Assembly (NCBI GenBank): GCA_963716725.1
Contig: CAVQUB010000032.1
Coordinates: 96,001-160,000, forward strand
Source of the DNA: an uncultured delta proteobacterium
GTDB taxonomy: Bacteria; Myxococcota_A; Polyangia; Polyangiales; Polyangiaceae
Direction of reading: 5' to 3'
DNA: 64,000 nucleotides
The notes below the pieces were generated by a model, which saw nothing but the letters and a program-made list of their open reading frames with translations, did not search any database and was not told where the DNA came from. A program made the translations under genes and the position numbers. Positions 31,114 to 41,898 of this stretch are shown piece by piece (position 1 is the stretch's first letter; each line of letters begins with the position of its first letter).

Positions 31114-32268
31114 ATGTTCGGACAGTGGGCTAGCGCCGCTGCATCGGCGCAGCTCGCCATGTCGAACATCTCCGCCACTTCAGCGCGTGTCGTCGGGGCC
31201 ACGCTCCCCGAGCCGGGCTCGCCCTGGCTGGCGGGGCTGTACCTCGTACTGGCGCTCCTGGGCGGCCACCTGGTCGCGTCGCTTCTCCTGTTTGTCCTGA
31301 AGCGCTGGGCTGGCCGAACCGACACGCACATCGACGACGCCATCGTGGACTTGATGCCCGCGCCGCTCCGCGCGCTCGGAACGCTCGTGGGTGGCCGGCT
31401 TGTCTTGCCCTTGGTTGGGCTCCCAGCGTCGGCGTCGGCGCCGGTCGCGCACGCCCTCCTGGTCGGGATGATATTGGCGGGCGGTTGGGTCCTGGTCAAA
31501 GGCGTCAGGGTCTTTGAAGCGGCCGCAAACCGCCGCGTCGAAGGCGGGGAGAGCGACGATCTGCACGCACGGGCGGTGCGCACGCAGGTGCGTGGTGTGC
31601 GCAACATCGCGGACTTCGTCGTGTTCATTGTCGCTCTGGGCTTCGCGCTCACGACCTTCGAATCGGTGCGTCAAATCGGCAACGGAGTGCTCGCCTCCGC
31701 GGGTCTTGCCGGCGTCGTCTTGGGGTTTGCAGCTCAGAAGACCTTGGCGACGCTGCTGGCCGGTATTCAGCTCACCGTCACGCAACGCATCCGCGTCGAC
31801 GACATCGTCGTCGTCGAGGGCCAGTGGGGCAGCATCGAAGAGATCCGTCTGACCTACGTCGTGGTGCGGATCTGGGACAAGCGCCGATTGATCCTACCGG
31901 CCTCATACTTCATCGAGAAGCCTTTCGAGAACTGGACGCGGTCGTCCACGGATCTCTTGGGCACGGTCCACCTGTGGCTCGACTACAGCGTGCCCGTCGA
32001 TGAAGTTCGAGCCGAGCTCAAGCGCATCTTGGATGCCTCGGAGCACTGGGACGGTGAGGCGTGGGGCGTCGTGGTCACCGACGCCAACGAGCACGCGATG
32101 TTGGTTCGACCGCTGGCCAGCGCCAAGGACGCCAGCGCACATTGGAACCTGCGCTGTGAGATCCGGGAGAAGCTGATCGGCTTCGTGCAGCGCAACTACC
32201 CGGATGCCTTGCCACGCACGCGCGCCACGCTGGGCCAGTCGCCGGCTGCGGCCGAGTCGGCGCGTTGA
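31114..32268 (+). CDS. Small-conductance mechanosensitive channel (MscS family)
   Basis: LASAGLAGVVLGFAAQKTL, IRVDDIVVVEGQWG.IEEI.LTYVVVRIWD, FENWTR. Confidence 0.95.
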   Translation: MFGQWASAAASAQLAMSNISATSARVVGATLPEPGSPWLAGLYLVLALLGGHLVASLLLFVLKRWAGRTDTHIDDAIVDLMPAPLRALGTLVGGRLVLPLVGLPASASAPVAHALLVGMILAGGWVLVKGVRVFEAAANRRVEGGESDDLHARAVRTQVRGVRNIADFVVFIVALGFALTTFESVRQIGNGVLASAGLAGVVLGFAAQKTLATLLAGIQLTVTQRIRVDDIVVVEGQWGSIEEIRLTYVVVRIWDKRRLILPASYFIEKPFENWTRSSTDLLGTVHLWLDYSVPVDEVRAELKRILDASEHWDGEAWGVVVTDANEHAMLVRPLASAKDASAHWNLRCEIREKLIGFVQRNYPDALPRTRATLGQSPAAAESAR

Positions 32269-32312
32269 GCCGGGAATCCCCCGACTCTGACGGACAATTC
32301 GCAGAATAATAG

Positions 32313-32340
32313 TTGCAGGACTCAATGATTGAGTTATACA
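32313..32340 (+). promoter_or_regulatory. Candidate sigma70 promoter (TTGCAG-16-TATACA) with palindrome ACTCAAT-G-ATTGAGT (32320-32334) in the spacer
   Basis: AT-rich patch upstream of arsM; perfect 7-1-7 inverted repeat. Confidence 0.6.
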
Positions 32341-32374
32341 GCAATTGACTCCCGCAATGAAAGGAACCGTTCCA

Positions 32375-33244
32375 ATGACCACGACTCCGTCCTCATCTTC
32401 TTGCTGCGCGCCGAGCTGCTGCGACGGCGAGTCTTCCCGTCTGCCCGCCGACGCCAGCCCCGACGCCATCCGGGCCGAGGTGCGCTCGCGCTACAGCCAG
32501 GTCGCAAATCGCGGAGGCAGCGATCGGCTGCGCGATCTCTCCATCGGCATCGGCTACTCCGCGGCCGAGCTCGACGGCGTTCCGGCCGAAGCAAACCTCG
32601 GTGTCGGCTGCGGCAACCCGACGGCTCTCGCGGCGCTGCGCCCTGGGGAGAAGGTCCTCGACCTTGGCGCGGGCGCCGGCCTCGACGCGCTGATCGCCGC
32701 CGAGCGCATCGGGCCCGAAGGTCGGGTAATCGGCGTCGACATGACACCTGCCATGCTCGCGCGCGCACGCGAAAACGCGGTCAAAGCCGGTATCGCAGAC
32801 CGCGTCGAGTTTCGCGAGGGCAACATCGAACAGCTGCCCGTTGTCGACGCGAGCATCGACGTCGTGATCTCGAACTGCGTAATCAACCTGAGCCCGGACA
32901 AGCCGCAGGTGTTTCGTGAGGCGTGGCGCGTGCTCAAGCCCGGTGGCCGGCTGGCGGTCTCGGACATCGCGCTGACCGAGAAGCTGCCCCCGGCCCTGGC
33001 CGAGCAGGCAGCGCTGTATTCGGCCTGCGTGGGCGGCGCGATGCTGATCGACGACTACGTGGCGGCGATCGAGGCGGCTGGTTTCGTGGACGTTCGACTC
33101 TCGAGCAAGGGTGTCGGCGAGCTGCTCGGATCCATGTTCGAGGATCCAGGCTTCGCCGACGCCGTGGCGGCCGTGGGGCACGACGAGCTACAGCGGGTGG
33201 CCGGCACCGTGCGGAGCTACGCGGTCGAAGCCAAGAAGCCATGA
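32375..33244 (+). CDS. arsM: Arsenite S-adenosylmethionine methyltransferase
   Basis: N-terminal CC..CC, ANLGVGCGNP, VLDLGAGAGLD, GVDMT..ML..AR.N, ISNCVINLSPDK, ACVGGA. Confidence 0.92.
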   Translation: MTTTPSSSSCCAPSCCDGESSRLPADASPDAIRAEVRSRYSQVANRGGSDRLRDLSIGIGYSAAELDGVPAEANLGVGCGNPTALAALRPGEKVLDLGAGAGLDALIAAERIGPEGRVIGVDMTPAMLARARENAVKAGIADRVEFREGNIEQLPVVDASIDVVISNCVINLSPDKPQVFREAWRVLKPGGRLAVSDIALTEKLPPALAEQAALYSACVGGAMLIDDYVAAIEAAGFVDVRLSSKGVGELLGSMFEDPGFADAVAAVGHDELQRVAGTVRSYAVEAKKP

Positions 33245-33699
33245 ACGACTTCAGCTCGGAGTTGATCGCCATTTGCCGGATGTTCGGCGTGTTCGAGCGC
33301 GAGCAGGTCTGCTGCGGCACTGTCACGGTGCCGCAGTGCCTCGTGCTCCAGGCGTTGCTCGACGAAGGGCGAGACATCAACGGCTTGGCTGACTTCTCCC
33401 GAGTCACGGCCAGCGCGATGACGCGGCTGGTCGACGGCCTGGAGAAGCACGGTTGGGTCACCCGCGATCGCGACCCCGAGGACCGGCGCCGCATCGTGGT
33501 GCGCCTGACCGCGTCGGGCAAGGCGGAGGCGACCCGGCTCCGAGGGCTGACCGAGGCGAGCGTGCTCGCCGTGCTCGACCGCATCCCCAAGCAGAAGCGC
33601 GCGCAGGTGCTCGAGTCGGTGAAGCTCGTGCGCACCGCCCTCGAAGGCGTGCGCTCGGCGCTCGACGCCTGCTGCGGTCCGTCCCGTGGTCCGATTTGA
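33241..33699 (+). CDS. MarR family regulator with vicinal Cys pairs
   Basis: ATGA overlap with arsM; SAMTRLVDGLEKHGWV.R..DPEDRR...LT..G; VCCG near the N-terminus, ACCG at the C-terminus. Confidence 0.9.
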   Translation: MNDFSSELIAICRMFGVFEREQVCCGTVTVPQCLVLQALLDEGRDINGLADFSRVTASAMTRLVDGLEKHGWVTRDRDPEDRRRIVVRLTASGKAEATRLRGLTEASVLAVLDRIPKQKRAQVLESVKLVRTALEGVRSALDACCGPSRGPI

Positions 33700-33702
33700 T
33701 TG

Positions 33703-34244
33703 CCCGTGCGAAGGGGCTACCGTTGGCTTCGGGATGGGCGAGCTTGGCCGCCACGCTCGAGACGCGCAGCAGGCGCACGTACTCGTAGATGGAGCCGTTG
33801 AAGCGCGGCAGATCCTTGGCCAGCGGGGGCGATGCGTTCCAGGTCTGCGTGACCTGCCAGCTCGACACCCAGTCCGGTTCGTTCCAGATTTCCCAGACTT
33901 TGATCCAGGTTTTGTATTGGCTGACGGTGTCGAATACGTATTTCGCCCAGTGGTTTGCGGGATTCACTTGCCCGCCGGCGAGCAAGATCGGCTCGTACAG
34001 ATTCTTGGGTCGTGCCGCCGCCGCTCCCGCCCGAGCCCGCCACGCCGCCCGATCCGGAACCGCCACCGCTGCCGCCCGACCCCGCCGCGCCGCCGCCGCC
34101 GGTCCCGCTGCTCGCAGCACTGCCGCCCGCGCCGCCCGCGCCGCCGCTGTGCTTGGTGCCGTCGCCGCCGTCGCCGCCCGAGCAGCCGAAGACGAGTCAG
34201 GCGCCGAGTCCGAGCAGAGTGAGGAGTTTGCGCGGAGCGGACAT
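33703..34244 (-). pseudogene. Collapsed glycoside hydrolase (clan GH-A-like) lipoprotein
   Basis: ATG 34244 MSAPRKLLTLLGLGA*LVFGC (stop inside the signal peptide), Gly linker, then a frame change into NLYEPI...WEIWNEPDW...YVRLL; truncated. Confidence 0.7.
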
Positions 34245-34342
34245 GGTTCGGGATGTCGGGGGCGTGAACTCCGCCGGGCCCTGAGCGCGCTTTCGCTGCC
34301 ACGGCCTCGGCGCAATTCGCCGCCTCGGCGGCCGGAGCGCGT

Positions 34343-34990
34343 TCACTCGCAGCCTTGCGGTTCGGTCTCCGATTGGGGGCAGTAGGTCGCCTCGAAGCTG
34401 CCCTTCAGGCTGCCGCCGGCGAAGTCGAGCTCGAGCTTGCCCCGTACAGGTGCGCGGTCACTGACCGTCGGGCCGTCGAGCTGCACGCTGCCGGACTGCG
34501 CGTCGACCCGAGTGACCGGTCGGCAGTCTGCGCCGAGCTCCATGAGCGTTGCGCGTTTCGTATCTCGCGATGCTCGCGCCTTCCCGCTCCTGATCGGGTA
34601 GTCGCCGGCGGAAAAGAGGCCGTCCTGATCGTCATTCTGCTTCAGCGAGAGCATGAGCAGCCGCGCGCCGCGCGGCCAGGCTCCGGCGCGGAGGAAATTG
34701 CACAGATTGGGCACATCCGCGAACACGAGCTGCATGTCGTCGGCGAGCGGGCGCCAGTGGAAGACCGCGCTGGTCACCTTCAACGGTCCGCCTCCGGGAT
34801 CTCCGGTGAAGTGGCTGCGTGCTGCGGGCGCGCTCGCCGACGGACTCGCGGGCGCGAGTGATGCCTCCACTCTCGGCGCAGCAGCGGGCTCGACCTCCGT
34901 CGTGGCCACGGTTGGGGCTCCGCAACTCCAGAGCGCGAGCGGCAGCGCCGAGAGTCGGGCCTCGGCCAGCCGTGGCAGCCATCGGATCAT
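34343..34990 (-). CDS. Hypothetical lipoprotein
   Basis: 3' part of ORF 34343..35836; LALWSC lipobox-like, Ala/Pro linker, ends G.F.A.YC. Confidence 0.6.
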   Translation of the reverse strand: MIRWLPRLAEARLSALPLALWSCGAPTVATTEVEPAAAPRVEASLAPASPSASAPAARSHFTGDPGGGPLKVTSAVFHWRPLADDMQLVFADVPNLCNFLRAGAWPRGARLLMLSLKQNDDQDGLFSAGDYPIRSGKARASRDTKRATLMELGADCRPVTRVDAQSGSVQLDGPTVSDRAPVRGKLELDFAGGSLKGSFEATYCPQSETEPQGCE

Positions 34991-35251
34991 TGGTGCCGTA
35001 CATACTGCCGCTCCTGCCGGCGCGCGAGCAGATCTCGCCGTCGGCCCGCTCTGGATTGGAAGTCGGTGAGCCGAGCGCGGCCGTCGAGTTCCTTGTCCGT
35101 CACCAGACGCCCCCAAACGAGTCTTGCTGTCTCTTGCTTTGCCTCGGCGGAGAACGATAGAAGAAGCCATCAATGGCCCCTCGGTGCCCATCCGCCCGCC
35201 GGCGAGCGAGAAATCCCGCGACCGCCGCCGCCACGCGGGCTCCAGGAGTGC

Positions 35252-35701
35252 ATGCCCTCGTTCTTTAGCGTCTCGATGCTGTGGTTCTGCGTGCTCGGCG
35301 TCCTGACGAGCTGCTCCGCAGCCCCCGGATATCACGGGGGCAAGCTCGTTTGCGGATGCCACGAGCCCGACACCTGCTACCGGAGCGCTGCGGACGTCGC
35401 CTCGCGCCAGGGGGAGAACGCCGAAACGGCAGAGACGCTCATGTACTTTGCGCAGTGTGCCTGCTTCCAGGGGAGCCGCGCAGGTTGCAACACGCTGGCC
35501 CACTTCGCCAAGGACTGGACGCGCGCGTGCGAGGAGGGTCGCGACGTCTCCACGTCCTGCGCCATCGCAGGCTTCGTCTACGTGCACGGCGTGCAGCTCC
35601 CTCGCCTCGCGGGGAGCTCTTTCGACGCCGATCCGGCCGCAGCCGCGTCCGCGTTCCAGCGAGCTTGTCGCGCAGGCTCGCGAGTGGCCTGCGAACGATG
35701 A
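35252..35701 (+). CDS. Cys-rich Sel1/Hcp-like repeat lipoprotein
   Basis: LTSC lipobox; AC..G...GC, AC.EG...SC, F.RACRAG...AC units. Confidence 0.65.
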   Translation: MPSFFSVSMLWFCVLGVLTSCSAAPGYHGGKLVCGCHEPDTCYRSAADVASRQGENAETAETLMYFAQCACFQGSRAGCNTLAHFAKDWTRACEEGRDVSTSCAIAGFVYVHGVQLPRLAGSSFDADPAAAASAFQRACRAGSRVACER

Positions 35702-35889
35702 AACATCTCGGGGAAGGCAGCCGGGTACCGCACGAGAAAGCGGGCGCCCAAAGAGCCCCAGGACGACGTCCCCCAAGCTCCGGCCTCGCCCAACGCTCGA
35801 GAGGTGAAGTACGAGCACCTTGGCGGGATCCACCATTCCAGCCGCGCCAAGTCACGGCAGGTTCGAGGGCTTGACCGGTCTTGTGGGGG

Positions 35890-37362
35890 TCAGGCGGTGA
35901 GCGGGCCGCCAGTTCGCCGAGCCTCGGCGAGGAGCAGCGCAGCCTCTTCGGCCACCTGCCGCACGCAGAGCTCCATTTCCGCGCGGCGGGTGCGGAAGCT
36001 CAGCACACAGATGCGGGCGAGGAAGCGCTCGCCGACCGTGGCGCCAGTCAGCATGAGCTGGCCGCGGCGGGTGACGCGTTCCATCAGAGCGCGGGTCGCG
36101 ACGTCTTCGGCCTCGCGCGTGCTCAGGGCTGGATCCGCCAAATGGAAGGCAAATAGCGAGAGTTGAGGCGCAGCGTCCATGACGATGCCGGGAATTTGAG
36201 CGACTCGATCTGCCGCCCAGACCGCCAGTGCGCGTTTCTCGGCCAGCGCGGCGCGGTAGCGCTCGGCGCCGAAGAATTTCAGGGTCAACCAGACGCGCAG
36301 TCCGGGAAAGCCACGCGACAGATCCGGCCCGTACTGGGCCGGATCGTAGAACTCGCTCTGGTTGTCTGGCAGATAGCCGGCAGTGGAGGAATGCAGCGCA
36401 CGCAACGCCTCTCCGTCGCGGACCAGCAAGGCGCCGGTACCGTAGGGCAGGAACAGGCCCTTGTGCGGATCGAGAGTGATCGAGTCGGCGCGCGGCAGTC
36501 CGGCGAGCGAGGGCCTCAGCTCGGGCAGCATGTGGAAGAAGCCACCATAGGCGCCGTCCACGTGATGCCACAAGCGCTCGCGCGCGGCGAGATCGGCCAC
36601 CGCGCCGATCGGATCGACTGCGCCAGTGTTGGTGGTGCCGGCGGTCGAGAACACCATGAAAGGCTTGAGGCCAGCCGCGCGGTCGGCGGCAACGAAACCT
36701 TCCAGTTCATCCACGCGTAGGCGGAACTGGTGGTCGACGTCGATGATTCGGACCCGATCGTGGGCGATTCCGGCGAGTCTTGCCGCTTTCGCGATGCAAT
36801 GGTGCGATTGCGACGACACGTACAGCGTGCCCGCGCGGATGTCGTCGCCGAGCAACTTCTCGCGCGCACAAGCAATCGCGTTGAACATCGCCATCGAGCC
36901 ACCGGTGGTGAACAGTCCGCGCGTTTCGGCGGGAAACTGCATCCAGTCGCGCAGCCAATCGAGCGCGTTGGCCTCCAGTTGCACGAGTGCCGGCGCCGCC
37001 TGCCAGATACCGGTGAAGCGGTTGGTCGTGTCGGCGATGAAATCGGCGAGTGCGGCCGGATAGATGCCGCCGCCCGGGATGTAGGCGAGGTAGCCCGGAC
37101 CCGGAGCCGTGAACGAGCGTGGGATCCACTCATCGAAGAGGGGGGCGAGCAGCGCATCCAAGGCCGTGCCCTGCTCCGGCACGCTTTCACGCATCGAACG
37201 GCACAGGGCTTCGATGCCCCTAAAGTCACCGCAGCTCGGCGCAGCGGGCAAGCCGGCCAAATGCGCGACGACCCGCGCCAGCACGGCTTCGCCCATCGCC
37301 CGCATCTCGGTCGCTGACAGGTCCAGGTTGGCGAGATCATGTTCCCGGCTTTCAGTCATCAC
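35890..37362 (-). CDS. PLP-dependent group II (aromatic amino acid-type) decarboxylase
   Basis: FTTGGSMA, TAGTTNTGAVDP, HVDGAYGG, DSITLDPHKG. Confidence 0.93.
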   Translation of the reverse strand: MMTESREHDLANLDLSATEMRAMGEAVLARVVAHLAGLPAAPSCGDFRGIEALCRSMRESVPEQGTALDALLAPLFDEWIPRSFTAPGPGYLAYIPGGGIYPAALADFIADTTNRFTGIWQAAPALVQLEANALDWLRDWMQFPAETRGLFTTGGSMAMFNAIACAREKLLGDDIRAGTLYVSSQSHHCIAKAARLAGIAHDRVRIIDVDHQFRLRVDELEGFVAADRAAGLKPFMVFSTAGTTNTGAVDPIGAVADLAARERLWHHVDGAYGGFFHMLPELRPSLAGLPRADSITLDPHKGLFLPYGTGALLVRDGEALRALHSSTAGYLPDNQSEFYDPAQYGPDLSRGFPGLRVWLTLKFFGAERYRAALAEKRALAVWAADRVAQIPGIVMDAAPQLSLFAFHLADPALSTREAEDVATRALMERVTRRGQLMLTGATVGERFLARICVLSFRTRRAEMELCVRQVAEEAALLLAEARRTGGPLTA

Positions 37363-38165
37363 GAAGTTCTCCAGATTTGCGCGTCCGAGACGACGTCGTC
37401 AAGCAACTCGCGTGCGTCGGACCCTGCGGCCGACGGCGCCCAGGCAGAACAGATGAGGGCGCAGTTGGCCCGGCTGCCGGAGGATCGGGGGCCGCGAAGA
37501 AGTGTCCTGAACTGCGCCGATGCACGGTAGGACGCACTCCTCGCCACTGCCGCCGCACGCTGCTATTCCGGCGAAGCTCCCATCGCATTCGATCCGCAAG
37601 CTTGCAGCTGCTGTCGGCTTGGTACTCGTCGCCAACGCGCCGAACGGGTGCATCTGCAGCTACCCCGGTCCCAAGGGCGAACCTCCGGAGCTGCCCAGCG
37701 ACCCGCATCCGCTTTCCGATCTCAACACCGAGTGGGAAGGGCGGTTTCGATCTGTACTGCGCGAAGTTCGAGGATCCCTTCGGGAGCTGAGCGGGGCGCT
37801 CGGCGCGCGCTACCGGCCGTCGTGGACGGCAACAGAACCATCGGACGGCTTTGGCGCAGGCGACGGCTTCGCCCGACAGTCCACCGCGCTCCCGTACGGG
37901 TCCACCCACCGGGCGGTCTTGGATCGAACGCAAGGCGCGCAGCACGCATCCGAGTCGCTGCCGCACGCGGCGAGGGTGCCGTACGTCAGAAGCACCGCGA
38001 GCGCAGACAACAGACCGCGATCCATCCCGGACTGTGGCCGAGCCGTTCGCCTGGTCGACATCGACGGCCTTGACGTGATAACAGCACTTCTCGAGCCGAT
38101 CGTCCGGCCGGATTCCGGTTTCCGAATTCCTCCCGTGGCGCGCTCGCGATACCCCAGTTCTCCAG

Positions 38166-38864
38166 ATGAGCCTCGCCCTTTCAGCAACGCTGCTCGGGCT
38201 CGGGGTCGTCGCTGGCCTGGCCTTCGTGTTCTGGCTCTTCCGGCTGCAACGCGCGCGCCGACAGGCGATCTGCGACATGGCCCGCCGGCAGGACTGGCAG
38301 GCGAGCTTTGCCGCGGCGAGCTTTGGCCGGCCGGCGCGGGTCCGCCTCCGCGCCGCTGACGGCGCCTGGCAGGTCGAGGTCGTGCAGCCGACGTCGCAAA
38401 GCACCGGCGGCAACCTCCGGCAGGTGACCGAGTTCATCGCCGCGAGGCCAACCTGGCCCGGCGGCATGGTGATCGTCGGTCCGGCCCTGCCGCCCGAGAC
38501 CGCGTCCTTCGCGTCGATGCTCCTGGCCAGCCTCGACAACCCGCTCGGTCGCAGGCTTCTCGCCGGGCTCGTCGGCGCCGATCTGGCCGATCTTGCCGTT
38601 GGCCTGCGTCCCGTGGGTGGGGCGGCGGGAGTCACGGCACTAGCCTCCGCCGAACTGCCGGCCACGATCGATCTCGACACCATCGCCGCCAGCTTGCGTG
38701 GCTGGCCTCAGATCCAGCGTGGCGAGGAGGGATTTCCGATCCTGATCGTGTCACCGGACGGGGTCAGGCTGCGGCTACGGCACGCGATCACCGATCCGGA
38801 GGGATTCGTTTCGTTCATCGCCCTGGCGCAGGGAGTCGTCGGATACCTGAGCCGCCCGATCTGA
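38166..38864 (+). CDS. Hypothetical protein with N-terminal TM anchor
   Basis: 232 aa ATG ORF, GC3-rich. Confidence 0.7.
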   Translation: MSLALSATLLGLGVVAGLAFVFWLFRLQRARRQAICDMARRQDWQASFAAASFGRPARVRLRAADGAWQVEVVQPTSQSTGGNLRQVTEFIAARPTWPGGMVIVGPALPPETASFASMLLASLDNPLGRRLLAGLVGADLADLAVGLRPVGGAAGVTALASAELPATIDLDTIAASLRGWPQIQRGEEGFPILIVSPDGVRLRLRHAITDPEGFVSFIALAQGVVGYLSRPI

Positions 38865-39026
38865 TCGAGACTGTCCTGGTTGGCAGGGCGCCGGTCGTTC
38901 CGGGCGGCGAGCATGAAGGGTGGAGAGCGCATCGCATGGCTTGGCAATGCGCAGTCGCTCGCTGGAGGCTACAGGGTTTCCGGGTGGCCTGCGCCAGGGC
39001 GACGCCGGACCGGCGCAGAGGGAACC

Positions 39027-39644
39027 GTGCGACAGTCTCGCGTGGTGGTCGAAGCGCTCCCCGAGTGGTTGAAGATGGCGGTCGGCGCGGCCTTCTGTCT
39101 CGCGCTGCCTCTGCTGGTCGGCTGGATGCTCTGGAGCACGCTGCGCGGCGGGCGGGGCATCGCGCAGGGGCTCGCGGGAGGACCGAGCGAGGCGTGCCGC
39201 GCGCTGGGTCTGACGCTCGGCGAACGGGGCGCGCTCTCGGGCTTCGCCGAGGGCAGGTTCCGAGGCCGCTCGGTCCGCGTCTCCTGGGTCGTCGGCCACG
39301 AGCACGGCTACGACGCGTCCCACCACGTCACCCGTGTCGCGGCCGCCATCACGCCTCCGCTCGGGGCCGGGCTCGAGGCGGTCGAGGGCGGCACCGCGGA
39401 GGGCATCGGCTGGCCCGAGCTCGAGCGGCGCGTGGCCGTGCGTGCGGCCGACCCGGCGCGCGCGCGGGACGCGCTGGGCCGCGCGGCACGGACGCTCTGG
39501 AGCTCGCTGGGAGGACCGGGGCGGCTCACGCTCGGGGACGACGCGGTCACCGTGGCGCTACCCGGTGTGAACGTCGGCCGAGCCGGGCTCGAGGCCGCAC
39601 TTCAGCGCGCGACGGCGCTGGCCGCAGCCCTCTCGAGGGCTTGA
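39027..39644 (+). CDS. Hypothetical protein with N-terminal TM anchor
   Basis: Within ORF 38880..39644; GTG at 39027 preceded by GAGGGA. Confidence 0.6.
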   Translation: MRQSRVVVEALPEWLKMAVGAAFCLALPLLVGWMLWSTLRGGRGIAQGLAGGPSEACRALGLTLGERGALSGFAEGRFRGRSVRVSWVVGHEHGYDASHHVTRVAAAITPPLGAGLEAVEGGTAEGIGWPELERRVAVRAADPARARDALGRAARTLWSSLGGPGRLTLGDDAVTVALPGVNVGRAGLEAALQRATALAAALSRA

Positions 39645-40454
39645 GCTCACAGGCATACGAGTCGCATCGAGAAACGAGAGCGTGCGGGGGTCAGGCGTGC
39701 GCTGTCGAGTACGGCGTGTGAACAAGGACGCCTGGTGCCCGCGAGACGAGACGAAGGCGAGCACGCTCATGCTCATGCTCATGCAGAACACAGTGGAACC
39801 TCAGAGCGCCGAGAACACGAACCAGGTCGAGCACCGCGGCGACCTTCGGGACGGTGATTGCAGCAGCTCGGGCGTTTGTACCTGCGCGGTGGCCTGGCGG
39901 CGGGGTTGCCTTCGCTGGTGGTGTTCGTGCTGACGAGTCAGCAATCCTTGCCACTGCTGTGGCACTTCGGCGGCGTGCTCGGCGTTGGGGCCGCGGTGCT
40001 CATCCTGGTTGGCGCTTGGGGGAACACACCCTGACGCTCGACAAACGGGAGGTGGTCGTCGAGAGTGGGCTCGGTTGGCGGCGGCGCGAAGCGATGCCGC
40101 TGGACGAGTTGGAATTGGTGCGCGTCAATCACCAGCTCGACCCGTCGCTCAATTAGATCAGCGACGGCGCCATCATCCGCATGTCGGTGGACCCGGACGA
40201 CGCCGACTGGCTCCGCAGCTGCATCGAGTACCGCATCGCAAAGCGAGCTGGTGCTCTGGACCCCGATGCGGATGAGCCGGAGCGACTCGGACGCTCGTAG
40301 CCGCGTTCGCCGAAGCCGGAGGGGTCGGGGACGCCTCGCCGGAATCACTCCGAGCAACCGGAAACCTCCGCCCCGGAGGCTAGCCCGAGCAAAGAGATCG
40401 TGCGAAACTACCGGTGCCGATGGGGCGAACGCTATGCTTATGGGAAACACTGGG

Positions 40455-41474
40455 ATGCGACTGGGCGCACTTATCGCGGCAAGCAGTTTCACTTTGGCCC
40501 TTGCCTGTGGCGGGTCAGACGACGCGACGAAGTCGTCGTCGGGTGGAGGCGCAGCGGGAACCGCCGGCACCGCAACGGGCGGCGCGGGCGGTGGCTCCGC
40601 GGGCACTGGCGGCAGCGGCGCGACTGCAGGCACCAGTTCCGGCGGCAACGCAGGCACGAGCTCCGGCGGCAACGCAGGCACGAGCTCCGGCGGCAACGCA
40701 GGCACGAGCTCCGGCGGTACGGGCGGTACAGGCACCGGCGGGACTAGCGCGGGCTGCACGAACGTATGGAACAGCGGCTTCGAGAAGGGCTTCCCCGGCG
40801 AGTTCCTGAACTACGACACCGGTGCCTGGTCGGCCAATGGCAGCATGCCATCAGGGCGTGTGTCGGCGTGGACGATCATCGACCAAGGCAGTGCCCAGCC
40901 GGTGCACGGCGGAAGCAAGGCCTACAAAGGTTGGATCGTCGGCGCCGCGGCGGACAGCCACCGCGCGTATCCTGTGCTGCACACCAGCATCGAGACGCCG
41001 CTTGTGAATACGTTTTGGGTCTACCTGGACGTGGACTACGCGAAGCTGTCCCAAACTGATTGGATCCACTTTGGTACCTGGGGCAACGAAGACGGCGGCG
41101 CCGGGGAGTGGGCGCTGCACACCATGAGCGTGCGCGACAAGAAGCTCGAGTTCGCACACACGGCTCCCTTCGGCGGCACCTACATCGGTCCCACGCCGCA
41201 GCCGAATTTCCCGCTCAAGAAGTGGGTACGGTTCACCGCGTACCTCCACTACACCGGAAGCAGCGGCAAAGTGCAGGTATGGCAAGACGGCGTCGCGGTG
41301 CTCAAAGCGGACGTGGCGCAACTCGCGACCAACCCCGGCACCAAAGTGACCCGCGCGCACTGGGGCATGTACGCCAGCGCTACCACCGCGCAGGGCACCC
41401 AGTACAACGATGACATCACGATCTACCGCCTAGCCGCGCCGCTGACCGACTTGGTCAAGGAACCGTGCAATTAG
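40455..41474 (+). CDS. Gly-rich lipoprotein with polysaccharide lyase/ConA-like beta-sandwich domain
   Basis: LALAC lipobox; 24-bp GTSSGGNA coding repeats (about 40628-40715); SGFE, KWVRF, G.VQVWQDG, YNDDITI. Confidence 0.7.
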   Translation: MRLGALIAASSFTLALACGGSDDATKSSSGGGAAGTAGTATGGAGGGSAGTGGSGATAGTSSGGNAGTSSGGNAGTSSGGNAGTSSGGTGGTGTGGTSAGCTNVWNSGFEKGFPGEFLNYDTGAWSANGSMPSGRVSAWTIIDQGSAQPVHGGSKAYKGWIVGAAADSHRAYPVLHTSIETPLVNTFWVYLDVDYAKLSQTDWIHFGTWGNEDGGAGEWALHTMSVRDKKLEFAHTAPFGGTYIGPTPQPNFPLKKWVRFTAYLHYTGSSGKVQVWQDGVAVLKADVAQLATNPGTKVTRAHWGMYASATTAQGTQYNDDITIYRLAAPLTDLVKEPCN

Positions 41475-41478
41475 GGTC

Positions 41479-41805
41479 TTACCTCCTGCACTGACCGTTT
41501 TCGCATTTGGGTTGGCAGGCCGCCTGTGACTTGCGGAGTAGCTCACTCGCTTCATGATCACGACGCTCGTCGTCGCTCAGGGCGACTACGGGCGTACGGA
41601 TGACGGTATCCGTGCGAAAGGAGAGCTCGTCACCCGGTTTTGCGTCCACCACGATGGAAGCGTTCGAGTCCATCAGATTGGCCTGTCCAACTTTCTCACC
41701 GCGGGGACGGACCATGAAGAAGATCAACACGAACATACCGATCACCGTGGCCAGAGTCACGACCGCCAGGAAGGCGACCACGACGGGAGAAGTCGGTTTC
41801 GGAAC
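41479..41805 (-). pseudogene. Possible truncated membrane protein
   Basis: One strong TM helix then a short soluble stretch; no clear start. Confidence 0.3.
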
Positions 41806-41859
41806 CGGACCACCTGATCGCGGACCGCGGCCGGCCGACGCCGAACACCGTCGCTTCGC

Positions 41860-41896
41860 TTGCGCGAGAACGCTACGCCCATTACACTGGGTAATG
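41860..41896 (+). promoter_or_regulatory. Candidate promoter TTGCGC-17-TACACT with CATTAC-N5-GTAATG operator-like inverted repeat
   Basis: Immediately upstream of the antitoxin ATG (41899); the palindrome overlaps the -10 box, as expected for TA autoregulation. Confidence 0.6.
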
Positions 41897-41898
41897 CA

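Noticed and set aside
35700..35880. Possible transposase C-terminal remnant (EHLGGIHH)
   Set aside because: Too short and weak to support by eye.
37400..38160. Possible gene(s) between the decarboxylase and 38166
   Set aside because: Only a short lipoprotein-like fragment on the minus strand (TLAAC, stop at 37810); no supportable product.
39770..40275. Fragmented ORFs resembling a membrane protein
   Set aside because: Broken across frames with no recognisable family motif.
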